Below are positions 1-9,661 of a stretch of 48,013 nucleotides of DNA, piece by piece; the first letter of the stretch is position 1, and every line of letters starts with the position of its first letter. Source of the DNA: Parvularia atlantis (taxonomy: Eukaryota). The notes under the pieces are model-generated. The model made no database searches, was not told where the DNA came from, and saw nothing but the letters and a program-made list of their open reading frames with translations. A program made the translations under genes and the position numbers. The DNA lies in the NCBI GenBank assembly GCA_943704415.1, contig CALSCO010001705.1:1-48013 (forward strand), in the 5' to 3' direction.

Positions 1-141
1 TTGAAACACGGACAGGTACTGACTCCTTTCCTGTGGATGTTGAATGAACGTGAATGAACTGAATGTTGTTTCTCATCCATTTTGTACTCAGGGGTACTTT
101 CTTTCTGTTGTACACGGCGGCCCACTGAAGCAATCAATTGA

Positions 142-1451
142 TCAAAAGTGGTCGGCCTTGATCGGCAGCGGCCCTTCTTGCCGGTCGCGCCCGCCTGTGC
201 CCACGGCGCTGGCCGCCGGGGCCGGCCCGGGCTCGACGGCGCCGTAGCGCAGCTCGCGCGCCGGCGCGCCGTCGAGGCTAGACATGACGTCAATGGTGTC
301 GTCCTCGGGCTCCTCGCCGCCCTCGTCCTCGTCCGGGTAGGCGTTGATCTGCGCGCGAAAGTTCCAGCGCGTGGCCTTGTTCTCGCTCTGGAGCAGGCGC
401 GCGGCGGCGGCCCGGTCGGTCGTCTTGGGCGGGAGGGCGCGCAAGATGAAGACGATGAGCCAGGTCGGGAGGAGCTCCGTCAGGAAGTAGTAGCTGAAGA
501 CGAGCTGCCAGGAGAGCGTGAGGTTGGGCGCAAAGGCGCTCGACAGCGTCAGGGCCGACCGCAGCGTCAGGAACACGGTGGCGAGCACGGTCACCCAGCC
601 GACCTCGCGCAGCTTGCGGTCGCGGCCCGGCGCCATCACCGGCGTCTGGCGCAGCAGCCAGTACAGCCGCCCGCCAAAGACCAGGAAGCCGAGCGCGGCA
701 AAGGCGATGATCACGCCGTAGAACGCCAGGTCGATCTGCTGCAGCAGCGCCTTGGAGTCCTCGCCCACGGTAGCGAGCAGCACCCTGCGCGTGGGGGGGT
801 CAGCGGCGGGGGGTGGAGGCGCCGCGCGCCCGCACCAGATCGTCAGCTGCATCAGGTACACGACCACGTTGACCGTGAGAAAGACCGCACGCAGGTGCCG
901 CGTGTACGACAGTGTCTGGTTGGACGCCTGCCCGACGATCTTGGCCCTGTGCGCGTGCACGCACGAGCCTGCATCAGCGCCGTTCCGTGCATGCTGCACG
1001 TGGGCGCGCGCACCAAAACAGGACCAGCAGCAGGTACGTTGAGAAGAAGAGGATCCCGGGCACGTCCGCCAGCACCACAAACAGCGGCGTCGAGCCGTCG
1101 ACGTCAAACACCGCGCCGGCAAACTGCGCCAGCACAAAGAAGAGCGCGCGCACTGCGGGTCCCGGGGCGGCGTGAGACGAGGGGAGGGCCCCGCACCGGC
1201 GCGGGGCACGCACGCGTGCTCATGATCACGGTGAGCAGCAGAAACAGCTTCTGCGTCGTCCACTTGAGGCTCGGCACGCGCCCATGGATCCGCGCCAGCT
1301 GCACCAGCGCCACCAGCGCCAGTAGGCCGTACAGGCCCGTCAGCACGCCCATCACTGCGCGCGTTCGCGGTCGGCGCGCGGTCGGCGGGGCGCGGCGAGC
1401 GCGCGGACCGATGTGCATCGGCCGACCCGAGTCATCATTGTCGTCGGCCAT
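142..1451 (-). CDS. TOM1/THH1 (DUF1084)/GPR137-like multi-pass membrane protein, ~4 introns
   Basis: Spliced product contains LARIHGRVPSLKWTTQKLFLLL...LRALFF...DVPGILFFSTYLLLVLFW...GFLVFGGRLYWLL...GRDRKLREVGWVT...YYFLTELLPTWLIVFILRALPPK. These resemble plant TOM1 motifs. ATG at 1451, TGA at 142-144. Confidence 0.8.
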
Positions 1452-1467
1452 GATGGCAATCTTTGGT

Positions 1468-4400
1468 TCAGCGGCGCATGCGCGACGCGAGCTCAGACAT
1501 CATCGGGTTCGCGGGCGCCGCCCCGCCACCGCCGCCCGACGACGATGACGCCTCGCCACCGACCATCGGCTTGGACTTGTCGACCGTCACAACCTTCTTG
1601 AGCTTGCGACCCTGGTGAATCTGCGACAGCAGCGCGCCGCGGTCGCCCTCCGCCTGCGCGGGCGGCGCTAGTGCCGGCGGAGGCGGCGGTGGTGGTGCTG
1701 GAGCCGCCGGAGCCGGTGCTGGAGGTGCAGGCGCCAACGGAGGTGACGGAGCCGGTGCCGGTGCCGGGGGTGGAGCAGGCGCAGGAGCAGGCGCGGATCC
1801 AGCCGCACTAGCCGCCGCACCAGCCGACGTGCCACTCGTCGCCGCGAGAACAGACGGCCGCGAGGCGCCCCCGCCGCCGAGGCGAGGGCCGGTGTGGCCC
1901 CACTCGTCCTCGAACGGCATGAACGAGGCCGGCCGCACCTCGCCCCCCACCGGCCGCGTGTCAACGGGCAGCGCGTCCTCAGATAGACCACGGTTGCGCA
2001 GCACCTCCTGGCCGCGCCGCGCAAGGAAGCCTGAGGCCTCCAGGTTCTGCAGCGCCCGCGCCTCCTGCTCGGCCGCCAGCTCGGCCCGCCGCCGCCGCGC
2101 GTCCTCCAGCTGCTTGCGCCGCTTCTCCTCGCGCTTGGCCTCGAGCTCAGCGCGGCGGCGGTCGCGGCGGTCGCGCGGCCGAGGCGCCGTCGCAACGCCG
2201 CTTGCAGCCTCGACGTCCGCTGCACCAGCACCACCACCCGCGACGCGCTTGAAAAAGTGGATCTGACGGCCGAGCAGCGCCAGCACCTCGATGCCGAGCG
2301 CCATCGCCGCCACCGCCAGCCCGGCCAGGAACAGGAAAAACACATAGTCGTCCAGGCTCGCGCGGTCGGCCGGGCTGCGCGCGCGCACAGTCAGCCGCGC
2401 CGTTTGCTCCGCAGCAACCGTGCACGCACGTCTTGGCCGTGTACATGCCGTAGCCAAACAGCACATACACGTGCAGCAGCACGAGCAGGCCGATGTCGAC
2501 AAACTGCACCCAGACCAGCTGGGCCGGCACACCCGGTTCAGACGGCTCGCGCACGTGGCGCGCGAGGGCAGCGTTACCCGGTACGGCCGGATCACGTTGG
2601 TGAGCAGCGCCGAGATGATGATGACCGCGGCGATCGACGCGGCCGATGTGCCGGGCTGCGTGACTGAGCCGCGACGCGTGCGCGTGAGCTGCGGTGCCGC
2701 CCACGCTATACGCACCGAGAAACACAGCCAGCACGACCATGAGCAGCCGGCGGAGGTGGATGACCCAGTTCCACCAAAACTTGTCGGCGGCAAAGCTGCG
2801 CGCGCACCAGGCGTGAGCGACAGTGCGTCGCAAAGAGAGCGCGCGCACACCGGTACAGCGCCGTGATGAGCATGTGGCTCAGCATCGAGCTTTCGGGCAT
2901 CGTGCCGTCCGAGCTGATCTCGAGCGCCAGCGGGCCGAGCAGGTAGCGCTGGCGCGCACACGCACCGCTGTCAGCACGGCAGCCAGTCCCCACCCCACCG
3001 CCGACACCTTGTACGCGTAGTATGTCGCCTCAAACAACGGCAGCCCGCCCGAGTACACCAGGATCGCCACGACCGACAGCGGCAGCAGCGCTTTGTGCCC
3101 GTCCGCGGCGCACAACAGGTCTGCGCGCGTGCGCCGTCAGCGCACGGCCACGCAGCAGCTGCGAGCAGCGCGCACCGGGTGAGCGCGAAAAGTATAGCGT
3201 ATCGTCCGGCAGCGCACGGCAGTCGTAGTACAGGAACGCGGCGATGGTGAGCGGCATGTACGAAAACTCGACGTACGTGAGCAGCGCCGACAGGCACCCT
3301 GCCGGTAGCTGCGTCAGCCCGCGCAAGGACCGTGTGCGGCGCCGCGCACGCTTCAGCTGCACGGCCTGGTCGACCGACGTCCACAGGAAGCGGTCGGCGA
3401 TGAGCCGGTTGTAGGCGTACGTGCCCAGGAGAAGGCAGCCGGAGAGGAACGCAAAGACGAGCGGCATCACGAGCGTGAGGATCCTGGCGCACGCGCGCAC
3501 ACGCGAGGGCACGCGTCAGCGCCCCGGGCCCCGGCCCCCGGCGCGCTGTGTACCACAGCACGGGCCACGGCGACGCGCCCGAAAAGGCGCACTCAAACTG
3601 CGACAGCTCCCAGTTGATGTTGACGACCGAGAGGATCTGCGGCCGGGCGGCCCTGAGCCCCCGCACAGTGCACGAGCGCGCGCGCCGGCGCACCTCCAGG
3701 AAGGTCTGCGTCGTGTTCGAGTAGCCCAGGTTGATGAGCACGAGGAACGCCGTGTCTTGCAGGAAGAAGATCACGATCGGCAGCAGATGCAGCTTTGTCC
3801 ACACTGCGCCACGCGCCGCGTTAGCCCGGTAGCGTGCGCGCCAAAAGCGCACGCTTCGTCAGGTAGAACCACGCGATCCAGCTCAGGAACATCAGCACCA
3901 CGGCCAGCGCGAACGACGCCGAGCCAAAGTTGCACGGCAGGCACCTGATGCGCATCATCAGGCCCCTTCCCACATCACACGCCACACGCGCACCTCAGGT
4001 TGAGCTTGAAGTAGCCCGGCGCGCACTGCCCGCACAGCCGGCCCGTGTAGCCGTCCGCGCAGACGTTGTCGCCGCCGAGGCACGCGGCCGGCACGAGGCA
4101 CTTTGCAAACAGCGACGCGTCCAGGCTGCGCGGGCTGTCAGACGCGCCGCGCCGAGCACATCGCCGCGAGCACACACCGGTAGTAGCTGGCGGCCGCGGG
4201 CGGTACGACGACATCGGGCGCGCCGCACGTCGCTCCGGTCGGGCACGGCTGGCAGCTCGGCGCGGCGCCGTACGTGCCTGCGCGCGCCGGCCGGTCGGTG
4301 CTGGCTGCGTCCGCCTGCACCGCGCGCGCGCTGACGCACCGGCCGGGCACGCGCACACGAGACCTAGCAGCGGCGCGCTGAGGGTGCCGTTGGCGCACGG

Positions 4401-4910
4401 CAGGCACGTCTGTGAGTCGCGGTCGTAGAACGACGCGTCGTCGCACGTGAACAGCGCCGTCACCGTCACGTTCACGTCCTGCGCGCCGCCCGCCGTCAGC
4501 GCGGCGGCCCTGCCTGCACGCCGTGAGGCAGGAACCTCGACCAGTTCAACGACGTAGCCGCCCGCGGCCGTCGCGCGCGAGATCTGCACCACACCCGCTG
4601 GCTCGCCCGGCACGGGTACGCTCACGTAGCTCGCGCCGGCGGGCAGCCCCGTCGCCGTGAAGCTGACGTCGCCCTCTGCCGAGCCGCCGTCTGCCGTTGT
4701 GTCAACAACAGCGCGGGACGCGGCGCGACGCGACGCACTCGCGCCGAGCGTGATCCACAGCGCGCCAGCCGCCGGGAAGCCCGCCACGGCGACGCCGCTG
4801 CCGTTGCCCAGCAGCCCGGCGTACACCGCGCCCGGCAGCAGCGTCGGCGTGTCCGCGGCGCACACGCCCGCCGCGGCCAGCACCGCGACCACGAGCGCGA
4901 CAAGCCGCAT
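1468..4910 (-). CDS. Signal peptide + Cys-rich (ephrin-receptor-like/EGF-like) ectodomain + multi-pass TM region + coiled coil + polyproline + C-terminal WH2
   Basis: Signal peptide MRLVALVVAVLAAAGVCAA. Cys-rich segments CPAGTYGAAPSCQPCPTGATC and CLGGDNVCADGYTGRLCGQCAPGYF. Several hydrophobic exons at about 2250-3930. Tail has PAPPPAPAP...PPPPPP then GDRGALLSQIHQGRKLKKV. About 13 introns. Confidence 0.7.
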
Positions 4911-4931
4911 CGCGTCGCGCGAATTCCCGTC

Positions 4932-5613
4932 ATGGCGCCCGTTGCTGTGGTCGCCATCGCGCTGGTTGCGCTCGTCGTTGGGGGCGCGCAGGCGCAGACG
5001 CCGCCGGTGCTGCTGCCGGCGTACGAGTGCACGTTCAACGCGAGCGGCATGGTGCCGCAGCCGTTCAGCTACGTCGGCCGCCTCTGGTACGACTACGCGC
5101 AGCTGTTCACGCGTCAGGACGTCGTCGTCGGCACGGCCACGTCGACGTCGTACCTCGACTACACGGCGGCGCTGGGCTACTCGGTGCAGAACGGCATGTG
5201 CTACGTCTACAAGAACACGAACGAGATGACCCCACCGGACGTGCTCCTGCTCTGCGAGACCGTGCGCTTCAACGGCACGACGACGATCAAGGGCCGCCCC
5301 GTCGAAGTTTGGTGCGTCGCGCTTTCTGCGGCACACGCCTGCTCACGCGCCCGCGCCTGCGCACAGGGAGGCCTACGACCCGTACTGGACGCTGGGCTCG
5401 ACGCTCGTGCAGTACATTGACCGCGCGACGTCCCAGCTCGTGCGCGTGATCAGCACCAGCCGCGGCATGGCCGTCACCATCGACTACGACGACTACGTCG
5501 TCGGCACGGTCGACCCGCGCATCTTCGCCATCCCCGACAACTGCGAGATTGCCGAGCGCCCGCCCCGGCCGCTCGACGTGCTGCCCCGCGCGCCGTTCGG
5601 CCTTCCGGCCTGA
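4932..5613 (+). CDS. Ependymin-related (EPDR/LolA-like fold) secreted or lysosomal protein, 1 intron
   Basis: Signal peptide. Motifs GRLWYDY, CY, FNGTTTIKGRPVEVW and VGTVDPRIFAIPDNC (the C-terminal FxxPxxC motif of EPDRs). Intron at about 5312-5367. Confidence 0.65.
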
Positions 5614-5695
5614 TCGGGACGCCGTCGACAGTTTGTGTTTCCCTTGCTCTCTCTCTCTGTGTGCACGCTCGGAGAAGACCCGCCGACCGTGAGTA

Positions 5696-6684
5696 ATGGC
5701 GCCGGAGCTGGCCCCGCGCATCAACGCGCTCGCCAAGCGCACGGTGCGCGCCGCGGACGCACGCTTGGTCGGCCCGAGCTGACGTAGGCACACACCAGAT
5801 GGAGGTCGAGGCTGCCGTGCAGCGCCTCAGCGCCGACGCGGCGGGCGACGTGGCGCGGCTGGTCGAGGGCATCTGGTCACAGCTGCGCGCGTTCGAGCAA
5901 GAGCACCGCGTGCGTGCGCGCACCGCCTTGCGCGGGCTCGCGCCGCTCACGCCTGCGCAGACGCTGGCTGGCGAGGCCGAGCAGCTGGACGACGAGACGG
6001 TCAAGACCGCGATGCTCGAGAAACTGCGCCTGCGCAAGCAGATGCACCGGCAGTGCGGCTCGCGCTCGTGACACGGCGCGGCGCGCTCACCCGATGCGTA
6101 GGCTCGTGGTCTCGCTGCGCGCGGCCAACCTGCAGCTGCGCGACCGCGTCGCCCAGCAGCAGGCCCTCGAGCGCCAGCAGCTGCTCAGCGGCGGCACGCG
6201 CGTGGCCGAGGAGCGACAAAAGCTGTGCGGCGGTCGCGCGCGCGCTCGCGGATCCTCACCGCCCTGGCGCAGGACCAACGAGGCGCTCATCCGCACAGCT
6301 CAGTCGGTGACCGAGATGATGCGGCGCACGACTGGCCTGCTGCACCAAGAGGTCGAGCGCAGCAAGCAGACGGCGCAGGTGCTGGACGAGTCGTCGCGCA
6401 CGCTTGCGAGCACGCGCCACGAGGTGTGTTGCCGGCGCACAACGGGTTGTTCGCTCAGCCACTTGAGCGCGCGCACGCGCCAGCACGAGACGCTCCGCAG
6501 CACCGTGGGCGAGTCGCAGACGGCCGTGTCGCAGCTGTTCCAGCGCGACTGGGTCGACAAGCTCCTCCTCGGCTTTGCCCTCGCCGTCTTTGCGCTCGTC
6601 GTGCTCTACATCGTTCAGTCACGCCTCTTCCCCGGCGCGTTCTCTCTCTGGTCGGCCGCACGACCCGCCGGCGCTGCGCCGTGA
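5696..6684 (+). CDS. SEC20: Sec20/BNIP1 ER SNARE
   Basis: AQSVTEMMRRTTGLLHQEVERSKQTAQVLDESSRTL SNARE helix, then RDWVDKLLLGFALAVFALVVLYIVQSRL C-terminal TM anchor; 4 introns. Confidence 0.8.
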
Positions 6685-6724
6685 ATGTACCTGCTGCTGT
6701 TGCGTGTGTACACAGGCCCCACGA

Positions 6725-7171
6725 TCAGATGCGCCGCAGCAGCAGCCGCAGCTTCTGGTTGATCGCCTTCTCGTTGTCGGCCGGGCGCTCCTGCGGGCGC
6801 GGTGCAGCGTCAGCCGGCGCACGCGCCCGCACACCGCCAGCAGCGCCGCACCGGCGGCGCCATCATGCAGTTGGTCAGCGCGCGCATTGGCTCGGCGCAC
6901 GGCCCGTACGGCTCGTACTGGTTGGCCGCGAGGCAGTTGACAAAGTCGCGCGCCTCGTCCGCGCACTTGATGTCCTCGACGTCGCCCTTCTCCGCCGCGA
7001 GCACGCGCCGCGGCTCCATCTGCGGCGGCAGCGGGCGCCGCGGCACGATCCGCGTCGCGAGGATGCGCAGCGGCCGCTCGCTCATCTGCGCGGCGCGAGC
7101 GCGTGAGCGATCGTGCGGGCACGGCGGCGAATGCAGATGCGGCATCCGACGGCCATGCGCGGCGGCGGCAT
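6725..7171 (-). CDS. Twin CX9C (CHCH) protein, likely mitoribosomal mS37 (Mrp10/CHCHD1)
   Basis: [11 protein letters not shown]...[11 protein letters not shown] twin CX9C, a basic N-terminus and a C-terminal [14 protein letters not shown] resembling Mrp10 'NINYH'. The start exon is uncertain (7171, 7145 or 7085). Confidence 0.65.
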
Positions 7172-7211
7172 GGGGCGGCTACACACAACAAAGTTGCATA
7201 TTTTCACCCAA

Positions 7212-9644
7212 ATGGCAGAACCCACCGCGCCGCTGCGGCGCGCGCTCGGCGCCGAGCTGTTTGAGCGCGTGCGCCGGGCGCGCCTACTCATGGTCGGCGC
7301 GGGCGGGATCGGCTGCGAGCTGCTCAAGGACCTGGTCATGGGCGGCTTCGAGGGGCACATCGAGGCGCGCACGCCGCGCATGCCCCGCACGGCCCGTACG
7401 GCCCGCAACGCTCACGCTCGCCGCGTCCGCGCCGCGCAGGTGGTCGACCTCGACACGATCGACCTGTCCAACCTCAACCGCCAGTTCCTCTTCCAGAAGC
7501 AGCACATCTCCAAGTCCAAGGCGCACGTCGCGCGCGAGTCGGCCCTGCGCTTCAACCCGGCCGCGCACATCGTCTCGCACCACGCGTCCATCATGGACAG
7601 CCAGTTCTCGCCCGAGGTACACGCGCCTGCTGCTCACGCCGCCCGTCCCGACCAACGCCGCGGCGCAGTTTGTCAAGCAGTTTGACGTCGTGCTCAACGC
7701 GCTGGACAACCTCGCCGCCCGCCGCCACGTCAACCGGCTCTGCCTCGCCGCCGAGGTGCCCCTGGTCGAGTCGGGCTCGGCCGGCTACCTCGGCCAGGTC
7801 ACCGTGATCCGCAAGGACACGAGCGAGTGCTTCGAGTGCCAGCCCAAGCCCGTGCCAAAGACCTTCCCCGTCTGCACCATCCGCAGCACGCCGAGGTGCG
7901 TGCAGCGCGGCACGCGCTGCGTGTGTGTTTGTCCTGACATTCGCTCGGCCCAAGCGCGCCCATCCACTGCGTCGTCTGGGCCAAGGACTACCTGTTTGCG
8001 CAGCTCTTCGGCAAGGCCGCGGACGACGAGGACGACGCACCGATCAACCCGAACGCGGAGAACGGTGGGCGCGGTCGGCGTGCGCGCGTTGGCGTGTGCT
8101 CACCACAAAGCGACGGCAGCCGAGGAGCTCCAGGCCCTGCGCCACGAGGCATCGGCCCTGCAGCGGCTGCGCGACCAGCTGGGCACGCCCGACTTTGCCG
8201 AGAAAGTCTTTCGCAAGGCACGCTACTCTGCGCGCGGTCGCGGGCGCCGCAGCTTCGCGCTGACCGGCGAAGCGCAGGTGTTTGATGCGGACGTGCAGCG
8301 CCTGGCGCGCATGGCCGACATGTGGAAGAGCCGCGCACCGCCATTGCCGCTGAGCTTTGACGCTCTCGCGCGCGCGCTCTCAAGCGGCGAGGCGCCCGCT
8401 GCGGGCGCGCTGCCCGACCAGCAGCTGTGGAGCATGGCCGTGAACGCGCGCGTGTTTGCCGAGAGTCTCTCGACGCTGTCGGCGCGCTACACCGCGTGCG
8501 TGCCGGGCCGTGTACACCTCTCCGCACCTTGACGCACGCACCAGAAGCGCGGCCCGCCCAGAGTGGTCGTTCGACAAGGACGACGCAGACATGCTCAACT
8601 TTGTCACGGCCACGACCAACCTGCGCGCGACCGTGTACGGCATCGACCGCCAGACGCGCTTCGCCGTCAAGTCGATGGCGGGCAACATCATCCCGGCCAT
8701 CGCGACCACGAACGGTGCAGTGCGCGCCTGCGGCCTGCGCGCCGCGCTCTGACGCACGCTGGCGCAGCCGTCATCGCCGGCCTGATTGTAATGGAGGTGT
8801 TCAAGCTGCTCGCGGGGCGCATGCGTGAGTGCACGACAACGTACATCGCGCACGGCGGCCGCCGGCCCAAGGCTCGCGCCGTTGCCGTGGTGGCATCCGG
8901 GCGCTGACTACGCCCGGCCGCCAGCTCCTCGTCAAAGAGAAGCTGCTCGAGCCCAACCGGCAGTGCTTCGTGTGCCAGAACCGGACGGTGACGCTGGACG
9001 TAAACGTCGGCACGTGGCGCGCCCCCACCGCGCCCGCTCATGCGCCTAACTCGCGCACCCGCAGCGACCGCCACGCTACGGCTCCTCGTGCAGGCCGTGC
9101 TGCAGAAGCAGCTGGCAATGGTCGAGCCGTCGGTGACGCAGGCGACGGCCGGTGGCGGCGGGCGGTGCGTGTGCTGCCGCACCAGTGGTTCCGCGGGCTG
9201 AGCACGCGCGCACACCAGGATGCTCTACGACGTTGAGTTTGACGACAACCTCGACAAGATGCTCAAGGCGCTCGGGATAGGCGACGGCGCGCTGCTGAGC
9301 GCCTCGGACGACACACAAGACTACCGCCTGGTGATGCACATCCGCCACCGGTGCGTGGCTCGCCAGGCCGCAGGGGCGCGTGTCGTCGCTGAGCGCCACG
9401 CAGCGACTTTGCCGACGCCGAGACCCTCTTTGAGCTGCACGGCGGGAGTACGCCGCCCGAGCCCGCCACCACGCCTGCGCCGACCGCTGCGCCCACATCT
9501 GCGCACGCGACCGGCAAGCGCAGGGCGCCCGACACGGCCGAGGGGCCGGCCGATGTCAACGACGACGAGACGATGGACCTGGTCGAGATCACCGAGCAGG
9601 ACGTGGCCGTAACCGCAAAGCGCGCGCGCACTGATGTGCTGTGA
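7212..9644 (+). CDS. UBA2: SUMO-activating enzyme subunit 2
   Basis: [59 protein letters not shown] (catalytic Cys), [21 protein letters not shown]; about 10 introns. Confidence 0.95.
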
Positions 9645-9661
9645 TCGCATCTACGTACAGC

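Noticed and set aside
1..13. TTGAAACACGGAC matches a conserved LSU rRNA motif
   Set aside because: The match is only 13 nt and diverges immediately; the following sequence does not resemble rRNA.
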